Part shown: piece after piece, positions 9,915 through 21,663 of the stretch
Position numbering within the stretch: position 1 is the stretch's first letter
Layout: each line of letters starts with the position of its first letter
Origin: Rebecca billardiae RCC1528
Lineage: Eukaryota > Protista > Haptophyta
Assembly (NCBI GenBank): GCA_965240325.2
Contig: OZ251244.1
Span: 744,001-808,000 of the forward strand
Reading direction: 5' to 3'
DNA: 64,000 bases
Notes under the pieces: model-generated
What the model saw: only the letters and a program-made list of their open reading frames with translations
The model's database searches: none
Told to the model about the DNA's origin: nothing
Made by a program: the position numbers and the translations under genes

Positions 9915-12900
9915 ATGGTGAAGGTGGCTGCGCTGCGACAACGGCCGCGCCGCGCGGCGGAGACAACGCAGCTCGTGATCATCACCGACCCGGGGCCCGA
10001 TCCTGACGGTGCGCTCGACGCGGCGCCCCGCGCGCCCCGCGAGCTCGTGGTGCGGCGCCGCGCGTGCGGGCATAACGCCGTGCGCATGCACGCGCGCGAT
10101 GCCAACAGACGTGAAAGCCTTGCTCGTCGCGGCGACGCTTCACATGATGGGGCACGTCGTCCTCCGCGCCATCGTCGCCAACGGCGGGTGCCAGGCAACG
10201 GAGCGTGCTGTCCTCGGGCTCGCCATCCTGGAAGCTCTCGGCATCGAGGACGTTCCTGTTGGCGTCGGCTCTGACGGCAAGCAGGTGCGCTGCGCGTGCA
10301 TGCGTGCGCGAGCCGTGCGCGAGCCACGCGTGCACGCGCCGAACCTGCATCATGTGCACGCTGAATCGCTGCACGTCCAGCCCCCGCGGCTCATCTTGCG
10401 GCACGCTCCCTGTGCGCCCCCGCACGCGGAACGTGCGACCGCGCGCGCGCGCGCTCCGCAGTACGATGCACAGCCGCATGAGTTCAGATTGGATGGCTTC
10501 GATCGGGTGGACCGCACGCGGCTGTGGGACGGCGCTGAGTTGCTGCGCTCGCTCGTCCTCGGCGCGGAGCCGCGCTCGCTCACGATCGTGTGCATCTCCA
10601 GCCTGCGCGATTTCGCCGACCTAATTGCTGGCTTTCCGGATGAGGTCGGGAGCGCGGTGGGCGAAGTGGCCATCCAAGCCGGCCTCGAGGCGGCGGATGG
10701 GGCGGCGAGACCCCGAGCACGCGCAGGCGCGACCGTGTCTCCCGACGGCGCGCATGGCCCCGCTGCTGCGCCCGCTCGCGCCGAAGCTCAGCCCTGGGTG
10801 CCCGACACGAGGTGAGAGCTCGCCTCCGCGCCCAAGAGCTGACCCTAACCCTAACCTGTAGGATGCTCGCCTCGAATTTGGCGCGTGGCTCAATCCGAGC
10901 GCGTGCGCACCCTCACGCGCCAACGCCTGCGCGCAGCGTGAACAATGAGTTCGATCGCGCCGCCGCCGCCGCCGTCTACGCGTTCTGCTTCGCCCGCGGC
11001 GTGCCCATGGCCGTCGTCTCGCGCCACGCGGTGCCGCTCCTGCCGATGCGCCTCGCGCGCTCCTTCGCGCAGCGGACGAGCTGCCCGGTGATGCGCTACC
11101 TGGCGGACGCGCAGTTGCTCGGGCTGGAGGGGCTGTGGCGGAAGCTGTGCGGCGGCAAGCTGCCCACGCGCTGCACCAAGCAGTGGTACTTTGAGACCTT
11201 CTGCGGCGTGCCAGCCTCGGAGTTTGAGAGCCGCGGCTTTGGCGACTGGCTCGGAGCAGATGCGCGCATCGGCGACCACCTCAACGGGTTCGTCAAGCCG
11301 TATGACGGTGCGTGCGCTCGGCCGCGCTCGGGCACGCGCGCGGGCGAGCGGGCGAGGGGGCCGCGCACGCGCGCCTTCGGCCTCGCTCCGGGGCACGCGC
11401 GCGGCGCGCGTTCCAACCTGTGCGCGCCGGCTGACGGATGCTGGACGCATCCCCACACCCGCGCCCGCGGACCGCGCGACTGCGCACGCGCCCGGACCGC
11501 GCGTGCGCAGTCGTCGCGCTGATGGCCGTCCTCCCGCTCACGCGCGGCTGCTTCGACGGGCCCTGCCAGCTCGAGCCCTCGCGCGAGCCGCAGCTGCCGC
11601 ACCGCCTCTTCCTCAGCCCCGAGCACGCCATCAGCGTGGAGCCCGTCCTCCAGCTTCTGCGGGAAGCGTACCACGAGGTCGTGCTCGCGACGGGTGCGAC
11701 CGGCGACGCGAAGGAGAGGCGGCAGCTGCCGCCGCGGCGGCGCTCGGAGGCAGAGCCCGGCCTGCCCTGGGCGCGAGCGTGGTGCGCCACTCAGCTGCCA
11801 CGCGCGAGCGACGCGGACCCGCTCCGCCGCGGCGCGGAGGGCCTCCCGGAAAGCGCTCGGGTCGCGTCTGCCTCAACGCGGTCCAGCGCCTCGTCGGCGC
11901 CAGCGGGCGTCGCCGGGGCGGCCGCGAGTCCCTCCAGCTGCAGCCCGCCTGCGCATCGCGATCGGTTCTCGCTCGACGAGTGCGGCGGCGCGCAGCTTGA
12001 GGCGGACGCGAGGTTGAGCACGCACGGCGGCCGCGGCTCGAACGCGCAGGGCGGCAGGCCCACGCTTCGGCTGAAGGGGGGGCTGATGGCGGTGGCGCAG
12101 CAGTCAGCTGTTCGCCCGCCATCGCCGCACCGGCGCGCGCACCCGCCGCCGGCATCGGGCGGCTGGCGGCCGCGCGCGCGCTCTCAGGGCGAGCAGCGTG
12201 GCACCCGCGGCCTGAGCCGCAGCGCGGGCGCGACCTCCGAGCCGGCACGCGGCTTTGGCTGCGCGCTCCGGCCGGTCTCGCGCAGCTGCACCGTCGGGCA
12301 CAGCCCGGCGCAGGCGGCGACGGCTGCTGACTGTCGAGCTCAGGCGGCGGCGGCGACGCTGAGCACGCGGACACCTCCGCTGTGCGCACGCGCGCGCGCA
12401 CTCGGCTGTGCGAGTCACGGTGCGCACGCGCCGTGGCCCCGCCCCTCGCTGGCCACTGGCTCGGGTGGCTTGGACGACGCCAAGGCCGCCACAGAGCGCG
12501 CGGCGGTGCCGGTGACTCCCCGCTGGGCGGCGCTGGCGGCGGCGCGCAGCGGCGAGCGCGAAGCATCCAGCTCTGCGCAAATCAACGCGCGCACCGTCCG
12601 TGGTGCTTCGGGCGGCGGTGCGGCCGCGCCATCGGGCGGAGGGTCCCCGCTGGCCGCGCCGATGCGCCTGGCTATGCACGGGCGGAGCCCAAGCGGCGCG
12701 GCCGCGGCTGCGCGGGCAGGGCCAGCTGGCGCGCACGCGCGCGCGCCGGCGACGCGTGCGCCCGCCGCCGCCGCACTCGCGAGCGCTCCGGCGCGCGGCG
12801 CAGCAGCCAGCGCTGCAGCCAGCGCGGCGTGCGCCTCGCGCTCGCCGGCCGCATCGGCGGCCGAGCCGGCTCGGCCTGGGGCCCTCGACGACGCGCAGGA

Positions 12901-15900
12901 CGACGCGGCCGCGCGCGCCGCCAACGACGGCGAGCAGCGCCGCGAGCGCGCGCTCGGCACGATCGTCCGCGCGCTGGACGAGGCGAGACTGACGCACGTG
13001 CACTGCTCTGCACCTGTCCGCCTCGCGGCGTGCGCGGCGCTCGTCTGCGCGTTCCTCGCGCTCGCTGTGGATGCGCAGCTCACGGCGGCGGCGCTTGGGA
13101 TCCGGCCGGTCCTGCTCGCCGACGCGCAGAGCCCGGCTGCGGACGCGCACGCCTCGCGCCAGGCCGCGTACACGGCTGTGGTCGCGTGCGCGGCGCCGGT
13201 GCTGCTGCTTGCAACTCATCCAATGCACCGAGCGCGCACACACACGACCACGCTGGTCGTGCTCGTCGCGATCGGCGCGGCGGCCGGGCTGAACCTGCTT
13301 CGGCTCGGCGAGGAGACGGGCCTGCTGTTCGGCGGAGGGGACGGCGGCGGCGACGGGCGCCACCAACCCGACGCGGCACCGCCGAGCGAGCGCGCGGAGG
13401 GCGGCGGCGACGACGCCTCCAGCGCAGGGCTGGGCCTCGCCCGCCGCGCACTCCGCGTGTACTACTTGGCTGTGAGCTGTGCGCTCAGCGCCACGCTGTG
13501 CTGGGGCGCGCACGCCGCGCGGGCACACTGGCACTCGGCATGGGCGCTCCTCGAGATCGCGTGGCGACTCATTGCGATGAGCTTCGGCACGCAGGGCTGC
13601 GCGCGCACGGCGCGGATGGCGGCGTGGGCGGCTCTCGGCCTCAGCACGGCCGCGCCGCGCTCGGCCGCGCGCTGGACGGCCGACACAGTGACTGCCGGTC
13701 TTCTGCTGAGCGGAGGTGCCCTGCTCCTCGCCACCGGCCCGCGGAGCATCATCCACGCCCTCGCGCGCTGCGCGCACACGGCCGCAGGGGCGCACGCGCC
13801 GCTCGCGCCCCTGCTCGGATTTGGCGCGCAGCCGCCCGCGCCGCCGCGCGGCTGGCGCACTCGGCTACGCGAGGGGTTGCGCGGCGCGCGCTCCGCGCCG
13901 CCCGGGCGCCCAACGGGTGTCTGCGCCGCGGCAGGTGCCGCCGCACTGCGTGCGCCGTGGCCCTTCTCGCGCGGCCGCGGCCAGGGCCCACCGCGCCCGC
14001 AGCCCGCGGCAGCGCCCGCGGCCGGCTCGCAGCCGAGGCTGACCGAGGCAGTCTCAGCGCGAGCGCGCTCGCCGCCGGCAGCTGCGGCAGGCCGCGTGCC
14101 GCCGGTGCCGCGGAGCGGACCGACTTCAAGGTGGCTGGCGGCACCACCGTCAGCGGCCGCGGCGCTGGCCATGGCGCGACGACTGGCGGCGAGCGCCGGG
14201 GGAGCAGGCGGCGGCGGTCCGAGGCCCGGCCCACACGTCGGCTCACGCTCGCCGCCGCCGCCCAAGCAGCCGCGGCCGTCCAGAGCGTCTGCGCCCTGCG
14301 CGCCACTGCCGCCGCTGTCGGGCGGCAGCAGCAGCAGCAGACGCCGCGTCCGAAGCAGCGGCGTGAGCGCCGCAGCAGAGCTGGACCCGACCCTTCTCCT
14401 CTCGCGCGCCGAGGCGAGCTTCCGCCCGCGGCCGCTGTCGGAGATGCCGCTCGCGCTGGGAGCGCACGCGGCGCGCGAGGCGGCGCTGGCATGCGCAGCC
14501 GCAGCCGCAGCGGCACGGCCGGCCAGGCTCCCTCGTGGCAGCAGTGGGCGCGCGCGCAGCGGCGCCGCCGTGCATCCGCTGGCGCCGGATGCAGCCGGCC
14601 TCGAGATCGCGATCTCGGAGGAGATCGCGATCTCCGAGGAGATGGTGAGCGCAGCAGAGGAGAGGGCGATCTGCGCGGGGGCTCGCGGTTGCGCCCAGCC
14701 GGCGGCGCGGCACCACACGGCGAGCGCACGAGAAGACAGCAGCTTGGAGGCGGCGCGGCTGGCCGTGACCCGCCCCGCTGACGCGTCGCCGTTGGAGCCA
14801 CCCCCGCGCAGCGTTCGGCTTGGAGGCGGTTGGGGCTCCAACGGCGAGCAGCATGGCGGCGCCTGCGACGCGCCCGGCAGTGACCTGCCCGTGCCTCGGC
14901 GTGGCAGCGGCGGCGGCGTCGTCGGCGAATGCCTCGCGCGGGCGCGCTCAGCCAGCGACGGTGGCGAGGCAGGCTCGTGCGCGATGCAGCCGCGCGCACC
15001 GCGCGCTGCGAGCTCGGTGCATGCGGAGTCGCATCCTGCGGCGCTGCGCGCGCCACGGCCGGCCTGCGCCGCGCAGGCGCCATCAGCACCCTCGCCAGCA
15101 GCACTCGCCGCCGTTGCGCCGCCGCCACCGCGGGCGGCGACACCAGCGCGGCACCATCCTGCATCGGCCCGCCCGCCGGACCAGGGGCTCGGCAAAACAA
15201 CTCAACGGGGGCTGCTCGACAAAACAACTCGTCAACAGGGGGTCGACAAAAGAACTCAACGCGCCGCGGTCGAGCCGAGCGCTTCGGCCGCCGGCGCGTG
15301 TCAGGGGGAGCTGGCCGCGCTGGCTACCGAGCAGCGCACGACCTCGGCCTCCTCGGGGACCCTGCTGCTCGACGATCACGACGCGGCCTGCCTGGGTGCA
15401 GCCGGTCGAGGCGGCAGCGCCACAGCGCTCGACCCTGCGAGCCGCGACTCGCCCCCCGCGCGGCGCAGCGAGGCCGGCAGCAGCGGCAGGGGCGGTCGGG
15501 CGGTCTCAGACCCGCCGCCGGCCGTGGCTCGGAGCGGCCCACTCTCGCAGGCGCCGACGCCGCGCGGCCACGCGGCCGCTGCCCGGCCGCTGCCCGCGCT
15601 CTTCGACCGATGCCGCTCGTGGAGTGCCGGGAACGAGCACTCGGGATTGAGTGCCGCCGCGGCAGGCTTCAGCCACCAGCACACACGGCGCGTCGGCCGG
15701 CCGCGGGCGCCGAGGATCGCGCTCGCACCGCCGAGCGCAGCACCGCCGCCGCTGGCGGTGGCGCCGCCGCCGAGCGACGATGGCAGCCATGCCAGCTGTG
15801 CGCACTCGCGCGCGTCGAGCGACGTCGTGCGTGAGGGCGGCGGCACCGCAGCCAACGCGGCCCCAGCTGCCCTGCCCCGCACCGCCATGCGGCACGGGAA

Positions 15901-16672
15901 GTCAGTCCGAGGGCGCGCCGCGACAATGGCCGCCAGTGCGACGAGCGGCCTGGTGCCTGGTCGTGCGTCGGCGCAGCCGCCGGCGCGCGCGAGCGCCGGC
16001 AGCGCCGGCGTGGAGCTGCCGCGCCTCTCCTCGTCGACGGCGCCATCCCCGCCCCCGCTGGTCGCGGACTACTACGTGTGCCACTCGCCGCTCGACTCCG
16101 CGGCGGCCAAGCAGCGTGCTCTCGCCCGCTGGCTTTTCGCGCGCGCCGAAGCGCTCGGCGCGGCGCACGGCGGCGAGGTGGCGGAGAGCGCGCAGCCGAC
16201 GGCGTGGCTCGACGTGGCGTGCGCCGACGAGCGGCTCGCGCCTGCGGAGCAGCTCGCGCTCATGCCGTGCTACCTCGCGCAGAGCCGCCGGCTGCTCCTG
16301 CTCGCCGGCCCGTCCCTTGCCGATGACCTGCGCTGCTGCATCGAACTGTACGCGTGGCGAGCGATGGGCGGCTTGCTGGCGGAGGTCGACGTCGTGCCGG
16401 TGGTCGAGGACGAGGCGGGCGCGCGGCGGCTCGAGGCGAGCTTCGACGCGTTCCATGTGATGTGGGCGAAGGGGCTGCGCGAGGACGAGGTCTCGCGCAT
16501 GGTTCACTCGGTCGAGCTGGCAACCGTCGCACGGTTTAACGAGACGATTCGCGAGCACCTCGCGCCCGTGGCGCGCGCGACGGCGAGGCTATGCGCCGAA
16601 TGGGCCGATGATGCCGGCACAGCTGCCGCCGCCGCGCGTGAGGGCCCCGCGCACGGCACGCACCACGCCTAG
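9915..16672 (+). CDS. XopQ/HopQ1-like nucleoside hydrolase + ~6 TM helices + C-terminal TIR-like domain; exons 9915-10008, 10109-10284, 10462-10811, 10937-11307, 11511-16672
   Basis: Splicing rebuilds hydrolase motifs LVIITDPGPDPDD, PDTSVNNEFDRAAA, VVSRHAV, QLLGLEGLW, WYFETFCG and PYDVVALMA. Hydrophobic helices at about 13020-13740. C-terminal DYYVCHS..WLDVAC..LMPCYLAQSRRLLLLAGPSL..LRCCIEL. All four introns are GT-AG and restore the frame. The last exon may hide further in-frame introns. Confidence 0.8.
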
Positions 16673-16924
16673 GAGGCTCGACTTGGGCTTGGCATAGGTC
16701 GCGGCCGCGCCTGGCGGCCATCGCCTGTAGCTGCGCCCGGCAATCACTCTCGGCAACGGACGACGCATTTCGTCTCGACGGATGACGGGTAAAGAATCAC
16801 AAGCCAACACCGGACGGCTCAGAGAGTTGTCGGGCAGCGCAGAGACATCTCTCGACCGCGGCGGGCGCGCTGGGTGCGCCTTTGGCCGCGCGGTCGCGGA
16901 CAGGCAGGGAGCGCAGCTGGGGCC

Positions 16925-18470
16925 ATGCCGCCCGCCAAGCTGGCGTGCAAGGGCTGTAGCCTGAGCAAGGTGAAGTGCGACCTCGAGATGCAGACCTCGG
17001 GCACCTGCTCGCGCTGCAAGCGTCTTGGTCTGCAGTGCGTTGCGCGCGGCCCGAGCAAACGCGGGCGGCCACACCCGTCGCGCGACATCGCCCGGCTGGG
17101 CCCCGCGGTGCGCAAGCTGCTCGCGAAGGAGAGCACGCCGACGATCGGCACGGTCGCCACCTACGACGGCGACAGCCAGAGCGATACCGTCGCCTGCAAC
17201 TTCACCACGTTGCACATCGACAAGCTTGTCCACCAGCGCGACGTTCGCTCGGCCGCGTGCAAGACGCTGATGGCGCAGCTCGAGACGGCGTCGTCGCGGT
17301 GGGCGTGGCTGCGACACATCCTGTACATCACCCAGCGCGCGCGCTCCGTCGGTGCGCGCCCCAGCCGTGCCGCGCGCGCCGCGTGCGCGCACCACTGCGC
17401 GCGCCGCCTCACTGCGACCGTCGGTCTGTGGGGCACGCGCCGGCCGCCCACGCACCGCAGAGGGGATGGCGAACGCGATGATGACGGCGCACGAGATGGG
17501 CTTCTCGCTGGACGAGGTGCAGGCGGCCATCTCGATGGTCGACCCCGAGCAGACCGAGCCCGCCTTCGACCCGCTCCCGGACTTTGTGCGAGAGTGGTAC
17601 ACGGGGTCCCAGGTATCGCTCACGCGCACGCAGAGCGCCGGGTACGTGGAGTGGACGCCGTCGCCGGCGTTCGAGCGGCTGTTCGGCCTGTCGGGGAAGC
17701 AGGCGGAGGGGCTGATCACGATGCTCGACTCGTGCGAGGACCGCAAGCAGGTCGTCGAGGTCACGGGCAAGCTCTGGTCGCAGATCTCCGCGGACTCGCC
17801 CGACGGCGTCGCGCAGCACGTTCAGTACGAGTCGCCCAGGGAGATTTATATCTCCGTTCGGGGGCAGCGCATGGGCCCGCTCAAGCTGCGCGGGCGGCTG
17901 GTGGTGCGCGACTACTCGCTCAAGACGTGGTCGTGCATCAACCTCGCGCCGGCCAGCACGCCGCCGCTGCTCGACCCGCCCCACCCCGTCGCGACGACGG
18001 CGCCCCCGGGGCTGGCAGCCAGTGGCGCAGCCGGCGCGCCGCAACCTCCCGGTGGCGGCGTGGCCGGCGCGAGCGCCCAGGCATCGCTCGCACGCTCGGG
18101 CTCGCCGCCGATGTCCGCGGCTGCCTCCGCGGCGGATCGCTCCGACCAGGACAGCCCGCACTTGCTCGGTGCGGCCGACGCCCAGCTCCTCGCCGCCGCC
18201 GCCGCCGCCGCTTCGGCCGCCGACTCGGCCATGCCGCCCGCCGCGCGGCCAGACGAGCCAGTCGAGGAGGCGGACGATGCGGACGAGGAGGAGGCCGCCG
18301 ACGACGCGGAGAGCGCGCTCCCGCAGCTCACAGCGAGCGAGCTGGACGCGCTGCTCGGGCCCGACGGCCTGCTACAGTTCGGCACGGAGGTCACCGTGCC
18401 GCTCGACCAGTTGCTCGAGCTCGTTAGCGAGGCCGAGGCTGCCACCGCCGCCGCTGCTGGCACCACATGA
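16925..18470 (+). CDS. Zn(II)2Cys6 (GAL4-like) binuclear cluster transcription factor; exons 16925-17351 and 17461-18470
   Basis: ACKGCSLSKVKCDLEMQTSGTCSRCKRLGLQC fits CX2CX6CX9CX2CX6C and is followed by KRGRP. Acidic C-terminus. GT-AG intron. Confidence 0.88.
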
Positions 18471-19499
18471 ATGTCCCGACTCCCGGCCGCCCTCGCGACC
18501 CTGCAGCATGCATCCATCACAATATCTCCGATCTCGCATGCCGGCGGCTCTCTGACCGCGTCGTCGTCGCGATCTCGAGTCGACGGTCTATGTCCTCACC
18601 ACCGGCCCGTCTCGGGCACTCAGGCAGCAGCGCTTGGCCAGACCGGTGCGTACGCCCGGGCCCATACTGATAATACCGATATAACAGTCACTCTGCCCGT
18701 ACGGGCGTCGGGCGGCGACGTGATACTAAGACGATACTTCCGAAATAACATGCCACAGTGACAGGCACCGAGACTGCGTCGGCAGCGTCGCCGGCGGCGG
18801 ATAATCATTTACTCATACTATCATGACTGAGTACGTGCGTCAGGCACCCATGTGAACTCGCCACTCGGCAACGGACACCGCCTCGGACACGGTCCGATCG
18901 CCAATAGGCAATAATATAAGCGTATGTCGTAGTGCTGTAGTATGACTGCTGCATGGTGGCATCGCGAGCCGGGCCCGGAGCGTGCGCCGTCGCGCCGCGG
19001 GCCCGGCCCCGTGGCCCGCCCGCGGGCCGCCGCGGCCGCCCGCGCGGCCGCGCCCGCGGGCCGCCGCCTAATCCAGGCCCAGCAGGGGCCAGTATAGTAG
19101 GCCCCACTCCCCAGTGGCAGTAGCCAGACGAAAGGCGGCGCCGGAAATAACGATATAGATCGATATAATGACCGCGTTCCGCGGTCCTTCCGTACGGAAC
19201 GGAACCAACGCAGTTAGGGGCCCGCGGTGCACCCTCCGTCGGCTGCTGTAGATATATTAATGATATATATAATTATAATAATCGATATCGCGACTCGCGT
19301 CGTCACACTCCGGTCATCAGCACTATATAGTATATTATATAATGATCGGCTACGCCGATCTTCGGGTAGTAAACAACGAAGTTGAGGGCGCACGGCCCTG
19401 GTAGTTCCCTCGCGTTCTTCACCGAATCACGATGCGCGCGCCCGGCGCGTTGCCGTGCAGGAGGCGCGGCCGGCGCGGGCGCGAGTAATCGACGCGATC

Positions 19500-19960
19500 G
19501 ACGGACTCGGGGGGCTGCGCCGTGTCGAACTCGACGCCGCCGCAGCAGCCGCAGCGCCTCCGCCCGGTGCGCTTCGGGCAGCCCTGCTGTGGCCGCGCGC
19601 AGCGCAGAGATCGCGCTCGGCAGCTCGCCCGTCTCAGCCTCGCACAGCCTCGCGCGCTCGGCGGGATCGGCGCAGCGTCGGATGAATGAGCTCGCAGCTC
19701 TGAGCTCGCAGCTCGTCGGCCGGTCGGCGGCGGGAAAGAGCGTCGCGAGCAGCCGCGGCTCGAGCCTGTCTACGACCTCCCGCAGCCGCAGCAGCCGCTC
19801 CTTGCACGCCCTCGGCGTCTTCCCCTCGAATGCGGGCACAATGAGCTCCCCACGGCACGTGACACCCTGGATTGCGACCTTTGTCTGTCAGCCTCGCCGC
19901 CGCGTCGATCGATGCAGTGCGAGGGCCGCTCGGTGCGCGTCGGCGCCGCCGCGGGTGCTG
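19500..19960 (-). pseudogene. Possible degenerate Myb/SANT-like remnant
   Basis: Joining two frames across a G-run near 19850 gives IDAAARL..HVPWELIVPAFEGKTPRACKERLLRL, which resembles a SANT helix 2-3 signature. No clean start. Confidence 0.3.
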
Positions 19961-20365
19961 TCGGCCGACGGCCTGGAGCGCGAGGGCGACTGCGAGCACG
20001 GGCGAGAGAGGAGCACGGCGTCGCCCGTAGCATATGCCACCTCGCCATCGTCGCGGACTCGCCGCTCGCAGATCTAAGCCCAGCCTCGTCGCGAGCAAAA
20101 CAGATGTCCGCGCTCGCAGCCTCGTGCTGCGAGGACTGGCGCCCAGCCTCGTCGCCCGCAGATCTGCGCGCGCTGCTTGCCGCGCCGTCATGCGCAGCCA
20201 GAGAGAGAGAGGCTCACGGTCAGCACTCCGCACGCGGAGCCATCACAGCGCGGCCATGGTCATGGACGGCGCGAGCGTGAGGGCTTGGTCGAGCGACTTC
20301 CCGCGAACATGCCGAGAGTTCAGCTGCGCGGGCGTGCGGCGTGGCGCGCGCGGGCGCGCGCGCAT

Positions 20366-20550
20366 GGCAGGGCGGGGCGCGCGGAGTGAGCGAGGCACGA
20401 ATGCGATGGCGACGGCCGTTGGGACCCGCCGCGCAGCTGCGCGCACCAGCGCTGAGTCTTGTCGGATTGAACGATCGTGCCTGCGTCACGCATTCACGGG
20501 GCATTGCCCGCCTCAGAGGCTTTGCTCGAGCCCGCTCGTTCGTCAGTGTG
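20366..20550 (+). repeat. Dispersed repeat, copy 2 (copy 1 at about 308-550)
   Basis: GGGCGCGCGGAGTGAGCGAGGCACGAATGCGATGGCGACGGCCGTTGGGACCCGCCGC. Confidence 0.75.
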
Positions 20551-21663
20551 GCAGGGCTTTTGTAAAGTATCATCGCGCGAAGCCTTGTGATGAGCAGTAT
20601 TAATCGACGGGAGATATAACTATAAAAAAACGGACAGAGATGAGATAGGCAGAGAGCCCAGAAATGACGGTTCGTTAGCTCGTACCATTATAAAACTTTA
20701 CCACCTTGATAACCGTATGAACCAGGGCGCGCGGGAACGTCGATTCAAGCTACCCGCGCAATACCATATCGCGTCGCTGCCATCATTGTTGATGAGCGAA
20801 TTCAGGCCTCATCAACAAATGATCATATGGGTCGAGAGCGAGAATGTTCGCCTTCAGGCTGTGTCGTTCATCTGAAATACAAGAATTGGATTGCCACCGA
20901 ACCAAATGTTTGGTTCGCTTTATGCAGAATCTCGTTTCAGTTGAATGGCGGGCGATCGTCTTTCGTTGAAACGGTGTTTTTGAAGCGCAGTTCTCTTAAG
21001 AGAAGAGGGATGCGTCTAATCTAAAACGCTGTTTTTCAGAAGCGCGTGAATCAAAGCTGACGACCCAACCTATCGTTTCTATGGTTGGCGAGCTGTTTCA
21101 GGCTCTTACAATTCAGGCATCTTACTATGACGGAATGTTCTAACACACGGCTGGTGTTATGTGCTATTCCACCCTGCATTCCCCTAAGTGTTACTATCGT
21201 TAAAATTAAGGGGCAGTACAAACGCAATCATTGCGGCAGCGATATCCACTCATACGCGGTGGCCACCTACCGAAAAATCCCCAAAATCCTGCGCGCATCC
21301 TCTTTTTGATTTTGCGGAGCACGTGCGCCGCCCCCCCCCCGGCTTTCGCTCACGCTCAGACCTTTCGGGGGGGGGCGTGCGCCATAATCGTCACCGCGTA
21401 CTACTACGAGCTAGGCCCGTTATTTAGCTTTATTACTACGTACTGCTGAATCTGATGCTTTATATTATTATTCATGATCCGAAGCAGACAATGTTCGACT
21501 CCAGTCGATCGTCATCGTCAGGTCATGCAGCACCTAAAACTTCGAGTAGCCGCACTGCCGCCCGGCTCCGGCGACCGCCATCACTGGCGGCGGGTTGCTT
21601 GCGGGCCTGCGGCTGCGGCATGACCGCCGCGGCATGACGGACGACTGCGTGCGGACTACTCAT

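Noticed and set aside
10842-10856. ACCCTAACCCTAACC telomere-like motif in an intron
   Set aside because: Only about 2.5 units; too short to call an interstitial telomere or telobox
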